Below are positions 12,683 to 27,500 of a stretch of 64,000 bases of DNA, one piece after another. Position 1 is the first letter of the stretch. Each line of letters starts with the position of its first letter. Origin of the DNA: Antedon mediterranea (lineage: Eukaryota; Animalia; Echinodermata); contig NC_092670.1 of assembly GCF_964355755.1 (NCBI RefSeq), positions 30,740,388 to 30,804,387 of the forward strand, in the 5' to 3' direction. The notes under the pieces are model-generated. The model searched no databases, was not told the origin of the DNA, and saw nothing but the letters and a program-made list of their open reading frames with translations. The translations under genes and the position numbers were made by a program.

Positions 12683-14510
12683 TATGATTGTATATCAACG
12701 TATGGGTGATTTGATTAGTAACAAGAAAAACCCGTTTATGTTTTAGCAAGAATAGGCTATAGATTAGTGCCAGCAATATTAACAGACTATTCGACAACCA
12801 TCTTCCTAAGACAACTCAATTATATAGTTAGTTTAAACATCCCATGCAAATCCATCTTTACGACATCATATGATGATGATATATAATGCTCAAGGTTATG
12901 TTCTTTAAATAATTATGAATGTATGGGTAAATCATCTCTCTGGACATATCATAGAAACAGGTGGCCAGTCAATACCGGAAATAGAAGATCTTTTGGCTGG
13001 GCAAATAGACAATGTTATTAGTACAATTATCAAAGCTACTACACTGACCTAGTTGCCAACGCCGAATGCTCTCTTTAAACAGAATACATTACTCGTTCTA
13101 TTAAATTAACGTTACCCTATATCAATCCGCCTGCACATAATATGTGCAAATAAGAAGCTTGTAGTCGATATAAATTGGTAAAAGGCTAAATAGTTTGGTA
13201 TTCATGGCGTTTCATGTGTACTAATATGATATCAGACAAAACTATGGCGTGGACAATGTCAATTTTACAGGTAAAAATTGCTGACAAATCAATATTCTGG
13301 GTAAAATTGTAAAACTAAAAGAACCAAACGTCATTTAAACGCATAAAGAGTCCAGTAAACCAGTAGCTCTGCCAGTTAGTACTGTACTGTACCTATTATA
13401 CTAGCGACCGGTCAGTACTACTTATTATATCCTACAACAAGCAAATCGAACACCAATAAATAGCCTAACAATAGACCATTGGTAGACTCATACTATCTAT
13501 GGTAGACCTAATCGAATGCAATGCTATTAATAACCTCATTCCACTGCCAAGATTTCAAGACAGGAAGGCGTTAACAAAGTAAGGATAAGAACATCATAGT
13601 CAAGGTCAACAAATTACAATCCATATGTTTGTATTTAATCATAAAAGAGATATAATGTATGTATATTATTATATTATGATTATCTAATCGAATCGTATAG
13701 TTCAAACGTTATAATATAAATTACTTTAGTACGTATTGATACAGCCTACTTTGTTTTGTCTAGTCATATTTATAAATTATACTATAGACCTACTAAGCAT
13801 ATTCATTTTTTGACGTTGAAATGTTACTCTTCTCTGCTAAAAACTAACTAATAATGGGTCTGTCGGCGTGGCTAAGATATTTGAAATATATTTTTGTTTC
13901 TATTTAACCTTGGTCTTACATTTTACAATTTCTAGAAAAAGGGCTACAGTACATTAATCTAGGATGCACTGATATTACAAAGATATGATGAACTTGAATG
14001 TGTTCGATTTAGAAAACCAGACAATAAAATAATTCAAAGGGCAAAAACAATCAAACAAACTAGGGAAGAGTTAAATTTTACTCTTCCATGGTGTAACATT
14101 AGGGCTAGGCATTTATTCCTGTAATACTTTTTTTGGCATCTGCATATATAATCGATTGTCTAATATACTTGACCCGAAAACATGTTTTTCTCAAAGAAAT
14201 ATCTGGGGAGTACATTTCAGCCTAAGAGAAAATATTTTTATGAAATATGATGGGTATCACTATACCGATTTGTATTAAGGGAATATTTTTGACATTGCGA
14301 AATATCATAAACGTAATTGTGTATCAAATAAATCATAAACATTAAAAGAAAAATCCACTGGTTAGGTCGTGACATTAAATTTAATAGAAAAGGTATATCT
14401 GACAAAACATACTGCATTAGCTCTCATAGAAATTGTATATGTGTTAAAAACTATAACTTCCAAAAGTAAATTGAGAAGACTTGCGATATCGAAACAAACC
14501 AAGTAATTAG

Positions 14511-14550
14511 CGGGTGGGACTCGAACCCACGACCTAAGACCATTTAACTA
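14511..14550 (-). repeat. tRNA-derived SINE head fragment (T-arm/B box only)
   Basis: Minus strand GGTCGTGGGTTCGAGTCCCACCCGC: GTGGG/CCCAC stem with TTCGAGT loop. No A box or full cloverleaf. Confidence 0.5.
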
Positions 14551-17500
14551 AGTTTTTCCTAAATCCAATAACATCCAGAATACTTGTATAACCAAAAATG
14601 CGTATCCGTATTTAAATTCATTAAAAAAATGTAATAATTTGATTAATAACATTTCAAAAAAAAAAAAAAAACACAAACAAAGTTAGGCCTATAAGAAATT
14701 ATAACAAGGGAAGAGAACAAAGAATTGCAGCATTAAACTGTATCCAACATCCGTCTGCACAGAAATAGGTTAGTGTCAAGCGGAAGAAAATACAGGAAAA
14801 TGCCTTAAAGGGGAGCTCCACTTAAACTGTCTTAGCTCGATATTATGTTTTAGGTATGTTAAAAACATTTGAAAAATAATATAATATAATATTGCTTTGC
14901 TTGTGTTATAGGAGTGTTATTTTTTTTAAATAATTTATGAAAACTATTTTTTAAATGTATGAATTAGCTAATTGATCTGTTAACTTAATAATACTAATAA
15001 TACAAATAAGGCTGCCGATTATCTACTCGAAATTGTAGGCGTAATTAAAGTAAACAAAATCCACACAAATAAATAGTTATACATCATTCAATTACATCGC
15101 CAGTCACGAATACATTACTACATCTACATTAGAAAAGAGAAAGCAAGAGCTAAATTAACTGATTTACATCTAACAATAGATTCAATAATTGTGAATAATT
15201 GGACGTGGTTCTAATTCCTCCGTGATTGAGTTAAGTGTGCTATAATTACTTATTCTTATCCACGCAAATCGTGTTCTTACATCGTACATGAGTTCATTTG
15301 TCTTGCAATAATCGCATTATCACATTTGTATTTAAAACGTTATTATCCAAAATTAGAAAATCTTTTAATCGTGTCCTACACAAAAATAACAAATAAAAAT
15401 GTAGACAAAATAAATTAAAATATTGTTTAGACGTATTGTCCCCCAAAAACATGAACAATTAAGATTAGATAAAAAAAAAGAAGACTATAGGCCATTTTGC
15501 AGTATTAATAATTTACTTCCAAACAATTTTTAGCATTAAATTACAATTGTTCACGTAAATAACTTGTTGGTCAAACTATTATGGGACATTAAAATGTCAT
15601 TACAACAATTTTTGAAATTACTCTTTCATCAGGGAGCAATATATATTTAACCATTGGCTGCTATCGGAATAACGAAATTTCACTCAGTATTTGGCTTGTT
15701 CACGAGTACAATAAAGGGGAGGGGGTGGGGGTTAGCCTAATCATGTTTATGAAGACAACGGTAAAACACAAGATAGGACAATATGGAAAATGTGATATTT
15801 GAAATTGAAACGCAAATTCAAAATTGCTATTGGGTGGTCTAAACCATGTTTTAGCATACGCAATTTGATTATTATAGAAATAGGCTTTACCCTGAACTGA
15901 TTTCAATCAAACTATGTCAATAGTAATAATTATTATTAAATTATTATACTTGAGTCAAAGGTCACCTAATTCTTATGACTGGGTTAATGTTCTATTGAAC
16001 ATAATAATTAATATCTCTAGTTTTGTGTTTTTATTATGTATATTAATATTTGTTTATGTTCGTGCTATAGGCCATATCAAAAATTATCCACCGCTTACTC
16101 ACACAATATTGTGCCTATACCTTCACAAATAATTAGAGTATGCCCCTCACTGTAGGCCTAATTTAAACACCAACAAAAGAAAAGGCAAATGTGAATAAGA
16201 TACGAGAAAGTAATGTCTTTGGTACTTAAAATGTCATTATGATTAGGTTCCAATTCAATAACCACTTACGCCTTTTTTAATGTCATCAGGCCTAAGGAAG
16301 TATTCGGTCAATACGCTTATCAATGATTTCCCATAGAGCAAGCAAGTGTGTGATATTCCGGCGCTTTTATTTTGATGGGACATTTCACCAGAACAAAATT
16401 AAATAGCGCAGAGGTGATGTTTACTCAGAATATAGTGGGATATAAAATATAAAGTGGGGCCGAATTAGAGTTTAAATCAAGTATAATTTGTGTTTTTGTT
16501 TGCTCTTCCTTAAATGTTTATATATTATTAATTTACTTTACGTATTTGCAAAATGTCTCACTAATCGTTATAATGTGAATTAATACAGAATAAACAGATT
16601 TATCTTAGCTTATGGGTACCTTTTGGTTACTGTAATCACTAATTAAACAATGGTACCAGAATGTCTATGTACGTGAATAGGCATGCATGTATTTATGGCT
16701 GATGATACTAAAAGCGTTCACAACCCCTGCACACTTAACATTGCAGGACATGGTTCCATTATTTGAACTCACTGTAGACACATGTCTTGTTATTGAAACA
16801 CTACAGAATGCTTGTATCATAAATTCGCAAACGTCCATCTGCGCGTATGCTTTTGTATTAGATATAGTACTGGTCTATTTAATGAAATATTCAATCGAGA
16901 AAGGCGGTCAACACACACGCATAAATAGTTTGTGTTGTGTTACAAAACCATGCATATATTCTGGAACATAAAGTCTTACGCGTGGACAAGAAATGTATTA
17001 TCACACATTATGTCCGGTTGAAAAACCACATGCGAAAGTGTGAACAATGTGGTGTGTAGTTTATTGCGTTCCGTCCTATTGGGAACTCAATTTGATATGA
17101 GACGCTACGCACGGTTTTCCACTATACTAGACGATTCTTTTGCGCGAATCGAAGGTGTTCACTAAAGCGCATATATATTAATATTTCCATCTACATACTT
17201 TTTGTACCTCGACACAGGTTTGATTGTTTCTAGGCCCAGACGACCGAATACATATCGATTGACCTGACCTAGGTTGGTCGTCTGTCCTTGGTCGTAACAA
17301 ATCGAAAGCTCTCTATTGCATCATTGGTCGGTGTTATTTCCTGTTCCTACTGGTTGTCAAGACGCGATGTGTGTAAACCATGTTTATAAACCAAAATACC
17401 CCGCTAAATAAAGTACTTCCCTCCCAGTTAACATTTTGTTCACCTGTAACCGGGTAAACAGTATTCATTAGGCTCTAATTAAAATGTAGTACACTAACAC

Positions 17501-18764
17501 GTAGGCCTAATAGGAAAGCAGACGATCTGCGTTTGTTTATAGAATTGGTCACATGTATAAGATACATGTGTTGTACATCGAGTATCACATTTGATGCAAA
17601 GCAAAATTAACACAAATAGAATTAAGTTGCATTGTACGGCAGACATATATTTGATTTATGGACAAATAAACTGATATAAAAAAAACTTATAACACTTACT
17701 TGGTAAATACAGTACTGTAAATCACTGGGTATAAATCACATTAATGTAGAAACATCGAATAAACCTGCAAAACAAACATACTGGTGAGTATAAATGCTTC
17801 CCGTATAAGAAAAGCCAAATAGACAAAGCGAAATCATCTTGGACATGCGCATTTTAAGATGTGTACACTATAGGCTAATTTCAAGCATTGTGAAAACAGA
17901 TATGCAGTGAGGTGTTTAAAGGTTAGAAAATCATTTGTGAACATATGGCAGAAAATGTTGCAAGCTGTTATAAATATCAAACATGAACTTAACGATTGAA
18001 AATGCTTGTCATCTAGCCTTCAATCTTATAAGATAAATGTGCATTTTGATTTATTTCTCCTTTATCTATAGTCTGCGGCAACCCGATGCTGCATCTGCTA
18101 GAGCCAAATGTTCACAAATCAGATATACGATGAGCATAATGCAAGCTGCCGAAGTATGAGAAGTTATTCCTGAATGTGTCGGTCTGAATTAACTGTTTAA
18201 GAACGGTCTTGAATAAATCTAATCACATAATCACGATGTTAATACTGTTTTTGAATGAATCTGTTACTGATACCCGACAGCTGGTTTCAGACTAGTTTGA
18301 TTAAGAATTTGACAGATAAAAATGCAAAACATACACGTGTTTACAAAGAAGATGCAGTACGTCTAGTAGTGTAGTAAATATTCATCATTTCAATATAATA
18401 TTTGTTTAAACGAGCACATAAAAAAAAGATACAGTATACACAGATCTTACAGTGATCAGTATAAGAAAATCAGATATAATTATGATGCGGTGGTGTTTAT
18501 TCAAATGATAAGGAAACAAATGATAAATGCTGGTTCACAGTTATTTGTCGCATAAAGTTTGAAAGTGTAGACAGCGCTTAACAAATACTGCAGAAGTATT
18601 TACGGAAATGTAAGTACAAGGCCTAGGCGAATATTTTATGGCCCAGAAATCATTAATTAGTAAGAATTTGCATTTATGCTGTCATTCTTAGCAAGGTACA
18701 GGAAGGTTTAGTTAGGCTAGCTAGACGGCCCAGCAGCCCAACAGTAGGCCCTATCGGTGAATAG

Positions 18765-18890
18765 TAAGATTTGACATCCCATTGGGAATGATATTTTTCC
18801 CTCAAGAATATACATTTCCCTCAGCTGTGCTTCGGTAAATATAGTCCTTCGAGAAAAATATAATTCTTTCTTTGTTTGTCGAATCTTATA
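18765..18890. repeat. Degenerate fold-back (palindromic) interspersed element
   Basis: AAGATTTGACA...TGTCGAATCTT outer arms around an imperfect central palindrome ATTTCCCTCAGCTGTGCTTCGGTAAAT. Confidence 0.4.
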
Positions 18891-19077
18891 TCTCATCTCT
18901 AAGCAGACTGTATATTACAGTATAACACAACTGAATAGGTTCTTTTCATTTGATTGGAGGATTGTGCGAGTCACATGGAATTCTTGATGGAACTCTCGCG
19001 TCAGAATGCAGATCGAGAAACCAGAACTCGGGACGCGAGGATAGCCATGTTGGCTACGCGTTCGAAAATCATAAAAT

Positions 19078-19310
19078 AGACAAACGTTGCCGTACGAACA
19101 ATTCCGTAAGGCAAACTAATGGCGTTAAAGACAAATTTCTCGAGTGACAAACAAATATTGCCGTACGGACACACAAACCCATTGCCATATGAACAAATTG
19201 TCATATGGTTAAATTGGCGTAAGGACAAAAATTGGCGTAAGGACAAAAATTTCCGAAAGGACAACATTGCCGAAAGGACAAAAATGGGCGTAAGGACAAA
19301 TTGGCGTACA
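19078..19310. repeat. Degenerate ~19-bp tandem repeat (AATTGGCGTAAGGACAAAA)
   Basis: About ten copies; near-perfect at 19212-19310 and more degenerate leftwards. Confidence 0.8.
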
Positions 19311-20959
19311 GTCTAACTAAATATAAACGTTGAGGGCAGCATAGTATTTAAAACCACGTGACTGAAACCACTCTGTGTCCAGTCCTGCTGGGGAATAATA
19401 ACAAAATCATGGAAGGCTTGTGTCAAGCTAGCCAACAATAAGCCAGCCGACAATAAACCAGGCCACTTTTATTTTTTTCCAGCCAACAATAACTATGAAA
19501 CGCCGTTTGTGTAATTGTTTAAATTGTCAGTGTTACTTATGGTTTTTATGGTATTAGAAATTAAATATTTGTGAGAAAACGGCGGATAAGCCTATTGTAT
19601 TGTATCACTTACTATATTAAATGATTTAAGTAAGTTATCAACACGATTTGGTCTATCCCACCTGAAACGAATACAAAGCTTTGTTTCGAAAAACTTAGAT
19701 TATAGTATCATTAACAAAATCCTACGATAAATAAGTATAAGGCCTATGTGCCGTGTATGTGACCGAATGAACTAAACCATACGATATCAAAATTGCATAT
19801 CGTCTTAATACAATTAAATGTCAGCTATTGAATTGATTGATTAGTTCATTATTATAGCTAGTCAATATTTATTTCTGCAATTAAATGGTGACCATTTTAT
19901 GTGTAAAGTTATTATTGGTGAAGCGTAACGGAGGTAGATGACATTTTTTTTAAATGATTGTACATCATTTGTGGATGATCGGGAAAACAGCAATGCATTG
20001 AAACTGTAATTTCCCAGTGGAGAGAACATGCTGAGTAATATAATTACAATGTCAATATATACTATTATAATAAATATAGCGTTTTAGTTTGAGAAATAGT
20101 TGACGACCGGTAACTCTGTCATTTTTACATTAAAGGAATATTGCAGATGGATCAACCCAACATACAAATTAAATATAGGACGAAATCATCAACACGTGTC
20201 ACAATAAAAAAAAAAAAATACCAATGTGCTATATTATTTATAATGTAATGCTTTAATAAACGTTGGTCCTATACCAAACATCACACTGATGAACATGATG
20301 AACACAAACCACGATATATTTTCACTAAAAAATGAAGTCGGTTGATCCGGCAATAATGCTTTATGCATGTTATATATCGTGTATGTTTGGTCGACACAGA
20401 TTTTAGATCAATAGCATCAATAACATTTCATGGTTTAAAAAGCGCACAGTTATGTTCATGGATCAAATCATCGATGAAAAAAAAGTATTATATGAAATGT
20501 TCTAACATCATTACGCACGTCACGTGTTTATTACTAACGATATGGTTTCAACTTTCAGCCAATGAGCATGCTGCACGCAATGACAGAATCGGATCAGCAA
20601 TTACAGTAACCTAGAAAATGTACCATCAAAGTAGTGGGGCATAGCGTAGGCCTACGTATGCAGTACGGACTAATCACGATGGATTTGACCTTGTTGATGA
20701 CGGTCAAGTAGAAGTGCACATAATACCATAAAGTATGTATAATATTATCGTCTGGTTTGCCCAGATAAAGCAAAATGAAATATATCAAATGATGAGACAA
20801 TGGAGAATGAAAGTGTTTTTAGATAAGATTATCACAAACAGCCATGATATGGATTATGAAATTGTCCATATCTAGATCAAAACAAAATACTTGGTATATT
20901 TCGATTTCTTTGTTTGCACTGAAACACAAAGCTCTTGAAGATCATAAGTTCCTCGTGTC

Positions 20960-21262
20960 TATATTGTTATACCTCATTATACCCGTCGCAAAATGGATTC
21001 ATCTTTTCAAGTTGCAGGCGGAAAAATATGGAATGACTTGCCAGCAGATAAAACATTCACCCACGATTTTGTCCTTTATGTCGCATTTCTTTTCATAACA
21101 TTTAACTCCCAGTTTATATTTTTTATTGTTATTATTATTATTATTAATTGTATAAGTATTTAAATTGTTATCCGTTTTGTCGACAGGACCACAATGTAAA
21201 ACAAGTATATTTCTACTTGATTGTGTATAAATAATCTCTAAATATGTTGTTAAATAAATAAA
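20960..21262 (+). mobile_element. L2/Crack/CR1-group LINE 3' end remnant
   Basis: Translation IPHYTRRKMDSSFQVAGGKIWNDLPAD/IKHSPTILSF matches the SF-x3-G-x2-W-N-x-LP ORF2 C-terminus. A 3' UTR with CAGGACCACAATG...CTTGATTGTG and an (AAAT)n tail follow. Confidence 0.75.
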
Positions 21263-22279
21263 TTTAAAAAAAATAAATTTCTACATTTGTGTTGTATTAT
21301 ATTAGTTCAATTCAATTATTGTCTATGACTAATCGTTAATGGTATTAAGCTGCTGTTTTTAAAATTTAATTCCATCTTTTTTAAATATAAATATGCTGGT
21401 CATCAATGTACAGCTTTATAAAAAAAACTACGTGGTCTATCATGAACTGGTAGGAATGTGGAGATACAGTTTCCTTCAAGACTATCGAATGTAGCTAAAA
21501 ATAAAAATAGGTAATTAGAATCTGAATGTAGAAAATAAATGCTAGTATTGGAACATTAACCTTTAGTCTGTCTGAAACATTACACATGAGTATTGCTTTT
21601 CAAGACAGGCATATTCATTTCAGTTTTTACTGCTGCACAGAATGTGAAAAATGCTACCGGAATACAATGAATAATCGTAATAACGCCCTCTGGGCTGAAC
21701 TGTAAGAGAAAACTTCACTTTATTATAAAAATGTTTGATATCAGGCTAACCGCGTTGTGACCTGATAAGCGATGAAGAAACCTAACTAAGTGATGGTTTA
21801 TGTAGTGTCATTTGTATAAAAATACTAGCCTGATGAACTAAGAGCATGTGCATACGCCATGGTGCTTAATAACAACAATAATATTAGAAAATTGAACAAT
21901 GTATCCCATATTTAAGCCGATGAATTTAAACAATCATTATTCTATTCTAAATGTCGACAAAACACTTCACATGGAAAAATACTAAACAAACCAACTACGT
22001 AAACTTATCAAACTTTATTTGACAACAAATGTGATTTACCCATATTATATGGACACGATGACGTCATGTTACCATATTTAAGCATATTGCCCTTTTTGTT
22101 TGTATTATAAGCCTGTATCTCGGTATATTTATTCAAAAAATTTACATAAAAAACATATGGCAGCATAGGCCTAACTGCATACATGAATATTAAGAAAATA
22201 CATACCAGTTATAAAATGTAGAGCAAAATAATAATAATATGATTCTATAAAGTAGGTCCCATTTTTAAATATATGTATG

Positions 22280-22460
22280 TAAGGGAAGACTAGTGTCTGG
22301 TAACACAGAGATCAACTAATATAAAAAGAGCAATAGGAAGAGAAACACTGACATTTTGTGGATCTGCAGCAAAAAGATACAGCTTCACTGTTGAAGAAAT
22401 ACAGGTCGGTATTATGCAGGATAGAAAAGAGTATGATGTCCCATCAATGTATAGTTCGTA
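22280..22460 (+). mobile_element. Possible RTE-clade LINE C-terminal remnant
   Basis: With two frameshifts it reads KRAIGRETLTF/VDLQQKDT/FTVEEIQVGIMQDRKEY, resembling the GR...D.L..DTG...E....M.DR..W end of RTE ORFs. Confidence 0.45.
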
Positions 22461-24399
22461 AGAAGACCCTGGATAGATAACAAACTATAACAGTCATCCA
22501 ATAGCTGAGATTCGGGTTGCCTTGTGATAGTCAAGGGTCCGTAAACATCTTATCGATATATAAGAGTTTACAGTGGTAAACATATGGCCTGAACTGCAAA
22601 CTAGGACGCTATAATTAGTAGGCATAATGACATTTAGGCCAATCTAATGACATTTAGGCCAATTTCGCTAACAATGTTGTGTACACTTCAATCCTCCAGC
22701 AGTGAGATAGGAGATCATTATTAAAACATTAATTAAAGTGAGTGACACTCCGAACGACCGTATAGTTAATATCGAGTTATATTTCAACTAGGAGGTATAG
22801 TTTCCGTTGCTATGATAACGGAATGCAGACAATTAATTCTTCGGCAATATCAGTTTCAATTCAGAACAAACACGAATTAATATTAAAGTCAGACAGGGTG
22901 AGAAATACAACAAATTAAGCATACAATATCGTAATTAAACGTCACATAAAATATATCATGGTGAAATTTAAATGCACGGAACTGGAATGCATTTACAAAT
23001 ACTGTACATTGCTATTTAGTATTAACTTATAGTGGGCAAAAAAGTAATTAAAATTGGTCAATAATGATATCTAGGGGATAGAGAGAGAGAAAGTTTGCAT
23101 ATTATTCGTCTGAGTCTGAAATCCCCAATTTTCACCACATATGGAAACGTTTGTACGTTTTATAAAACATTGAGTTAATAAACCTACAGCTTATTTTTTT
23201 AAGGGATATATATCTTGGACATTTTAAAATCAAACATGTCTCACTGTAGGCTTCTACTGAGCTTATACTATACTTTTGATATAATCACTACAAATTAATA
23301 TTGGTTTTCATGAGCCGAAGAATACGTGAGCGTTAGGTCACTGATCTAAAATATTATTTATTACCAGTACAGTACTATTGTATGCGATGTGCATATTGTT
23401 AGAAAACTAATATAAAAATATTTTTAAATAGGGGCCTACTTAGGTAAAAGTATGGAAAAAACCGTATTATGTAAATACTTTGTACGCATTAGGCCTATTA
23501 TACTAACATAACAGTTTGAGTTGTGTCAAAGCCACAGTTTAATTTACGATCTTAACCCATATTTACTTTACAAATGATACTCATAAACCGAAACGTTTAT
23601 ATCACGATAATAAAAATGATGTTTTGTTAAGCCCAGAGAAGAGTCTTTCCTGGTAAAGCCCCAGTACTGTTTGATGGCATACTGTATTGCCTAGTGCAGT
23701 GCATAAACCTGGTATATTCGTTCGTTCGTTTTTATTTCACAATGCATCAAACTTAATATTTTTACAGAATACCACAAATAGTGAACATTTTGTAAGGCTA
23801 AACAGGGTTACTACAGGATTACTATATTTTTATTTAAATCCATCGATATCATTAATCTGTTAGAAAACGCCAATTAATACCACTAACATATACAAATACA
23901 AAGAATATCGACCCTATACGTTTGACTTGTTATTGAAATGCTTGAAATCTTAGGATACACGAGCAATTGCAAGTTTGAATGTGACAAAGCACGTGCAATA
24001 ATAACCATATCCTGATAATTGTTTCGATCTTTGAGGTCAACCGAACTCATTATGTATTGACGCATCCGGTCCCTCTGAAGTCTGAATAATGCCTTTTTAG
24101 TAATTGTATTTGACCGGTAACGCAACGAAGTGATATTAACGTTGCTAGATACCGTACTAGTACTACGCACGTGAAATGGATTTTGTGTTTTTACGAAAAG
24201 AGACACTATATAAAGTTTAGCCATATAAATATTGTTTCATTAATCAAAAAGATTACAATTAAACTATAGACCTTTTAATAGCTGAACTATATACAAGATA
24301 CATAAAAATGTCTTGTTGAATAAGCTAAAAATCATGTGTTTTGTGAAGCTCTCTGATACAACGTTATACACGAAACGCATTGCTATATTAAGTCACTAA

Positions 24400-24578
24400 A
24401 GCGTGGTTCCAACTAGCGACGCAACGCAAGGACGTAACGCAACGCAAATGAATTGACCAATCACAAGCGATGGCTTATTCGCTTGTGTTTGCTAACTGTC
24501 TATAACTTCGCTTGTCATTGGTTAAAACGCTTGCGTTGCGTTTACGTCCTTGCGTTACGTTGTAGTGGAAACCAAGCT
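24400..24578. mobile_element. 179-bp MITE (Harbinger/Tourist-like), copy 1
   Basis: TIRs AGCGTGGTTCCAACTAG...GTAGTGGAAACCAAGCT with long subterminal inverted ACGCAAGGACGTAA arms; flanks TAA/TTA. A near-identical inverted copy lies at 32495-32673. Confidence 0.9.
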
Positions 24579-27500
24579 TTACGCGGTTGTCACTTCGTGG
24601 CGTCACTTTTTTTCTGGGATTTAAGAGCCGTGGGCCTCAAGCGGGCCTCTTTATCAAATCATAAAATTCTACTAATTATTGTGCAAGCTAAACTCATCCG
24701 GGGATTTCCCTACTTACATGGCAGACGGTACACCGCGGCACCGCTACCATACCGCTATGTTATATTTAATCGATAATACTCGTCTATAAAGGCGACATTT
24801 TGAATTAACATTGATAATTATTGCCAGTAATTATTACCAGAAAAGGTAAATCACATTCAACTAATCAATCATACTACTACCGTATACAATTACTCTTCAT
24901 TGACACTAAATAAACTGTGGACTTGACCTTCACAATTTTGCAATATCAATCAACAATAATTCTATTAATCTCAGCATTACAACAAGAAAACAATGACGAA
25001 TATTTCGAATTGCCTATAATAAAGCTGCAAAAACATTGTAACCAAATTATTATACCATAACAATACCACGTGCATAATTGGTTATAATTATATTTAGCCC
25101 TACTAAATTAGTTAACGATTTAATATATCACCAGACGTAATACCTGCTATACAGTATATACCAGCATTTTTAATAGTATTTTCTTTGAGATAGAAATTAC
25201 GATTATGGTAAACAGAATGCACAATACGGCATATGTCGGATTACAAATTGTTGCAATATCATGTAGTGTGCCAAAAATCCATGGATAGTAGTATGGAACG
25301 CCACATCGGCAAAATTTCAATGTTACCACAAATGCAAATGCTTTCTTTAGAACAAAAATCAATGTGTTTGACTTTGGTGGTAGCTTTAATAATGTTGAGA
25401 TAATAATGTAGCAACTATTAAAAAAACCTCATACGCAGTGCGTAACATGCTGCAATAAGTTATTAGCTGCAAATTGTTAATCAATATTGTTTAAATTGGT
25501 TGATGAGTAGTTCATAATAAACATACGGCGTTTAAACACTCGATCTCTTAATATGAGTACCATTATGAGAAAGAAAGTTCATTATGTCAATAGAAAGCCC
25601 TTCATATTACTTATAATCTTCACATTAATTTGAAATGCTATCTTATATGTACTTTAATTGAACACTTCTATCTGTTGCTTTATGGGCGAGGAAACGTCAT
25701 TGGTTGGTGGTTCACTTAAAAATATAACTTGATCGTAGTGTGCACTAACGAATTAAGTCCCACTTACAGTAAAGGAAAATATACATACGTACCTATAGCC
25801 TCTACTGGTTAGTACTCCGTTGCACAAAAAAAGAATAACCTAGTTCTTACTGTAGATTCAATACGCTGGTAGAGTCCAACAATACGGGCATATAGCCGAT
25901 AGTTAGTGTAGGCTTGGTTACAGCAGTCATTTAGCTTGGTATTTGCTAAATAATCCGCCGGATCAGGACTGGAGGAAACCTTGGTGTATTTTTCAAACTG
26001 AATGATTCACGCATTAGTGAGAATATACAGGAAATACACAGTTGCTGATGGCGAGTTATGGGTCTTACAGCCAGTGTGACTGTACACGTAGATTTTACAC
26101 GCAGGGGCCCGATGGCGGTCAGTGTTTGGCTTTATTCCCACACTGAGAACACGAGCCGCTACCCAAGAGTCTGAATCTGATCTGAATCTGATCTGATTCT
26201 GCCCAACCAAACATAATGTTTGTCCGATACCAAAGTAAAGTTCGAGGATGAAGTTCGTCAACCTCACATAGAGGGCAACAACTAACCCAACAAAACAAAA
26301 ACAGCTAGTAGTACAACCTAGTAGGAGCACTTACCCATTTTGCTATATAAATAAACGCAAAATAATTACAATACTGGGTAAAATCATGTATTTCTAGTCA
26401 ACAGTGACTTCAAGTTCAGAGAAACTAATTGGGTTCGGTCTGGCGTTTCTGTGTTAGCAATGGATAGCAATTTAATGATACTCCAGATTGGATGAATTTA
26501 GTGTTAATCAAAACAAACTGATATAAACCAACTAGTTTGACAATCACCTGTAGAGTTAACTATCGGATTCACACTGACAAGAAAGAACGATAGCCTGCAA
26601 CAAGGTTTGCCGCGTAAACTCAAGCTGTGATGTCCACGAGGCCACTAGCAGGCCCTCCCAAATGATTTTATTTTTAAAGAAACAATATAGGATGGATTTT
26701 CTCTAGATATCGTTTCGGTTTTGGGGTTTAATTGGGCATTAAACATGACATGATTCGAGGAAAAGGTAAACACATTGATATAAGGGTCAGGAACATGTTT
26801 ATACATGAAAATTGTATAATCGCCGGCGGTTAGTCAACCTTGACCAAGTAAGCGTTCGAGACCTCACGGTGGATTGCCTGATACAATAGCAAACAGCAAA
26901 CTAATATTACAGTTATACAGACGATAACTGAGGAAACATACACGACGTATAAGTGTTATGTCCTTTTTCGTTGAAGTTGGTGGTTGTTGTTCCTCTACAG
27001 TATGGTTGATTATGAAATAAATAGCGAGACTTGTATACGCGTCGTGCATAACAATATATGGCGAGCTGGGCCGCAACAATTTAAGGTGTTTGGAGTTAAT
27101 GGTCGCCCATGGTCAGTAACGTGATGCACAAAAAAAAATGTAAAAACATCACTAGCTCACGGACGGATTACGGAATATAAAACTGACGGCAAAGTATGTA
27201 CGTACGCAGGACATAACTGTACATACATTATACTACCACATACTATGACATTCATGTTCTAATCATGTTTTAATGATCGACCACAAGCCACTACAAACAA
27301 TAAAAACACCTGTGGTTAGAAACGTGTAGGTGCTGGTTTCAAGTTCAAATAACATATTTGTATAAATAAAGGCCAAGATAAGGACAATAAGAAGTATACG
27401 AAAATGAAGGCTATACAGGTCAAAATAACATCTTGGCCTTGGATGGGAAAATGTTGAACGTGTTTACGTACAACACAATATTATTAACTATTAAAACGTG

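Noticed and set aside
17784-18071. Plus-strand intron GTGAGT...TTTATCTATAG
   Set aside because: The splice signals are plausible, but the flanks have no sustained reading frame and such pairs are expected by chance in 64 kb.
22284-22305. miR-7-like sequence GGAAGACTAGTG
   Set aside because: The match stops after ~12 nt, no precursor hairpin is evident, and it lies in a probable LINE remnant.
24453-24776. Similar ORFs at 24453 (+) and 32390 (-) sharing LTVYNFACHWLKRLRCVYVLALR
   Set aside because: The shared peptide is simply the translation of two copies of the 179-bp non-coding MITE.
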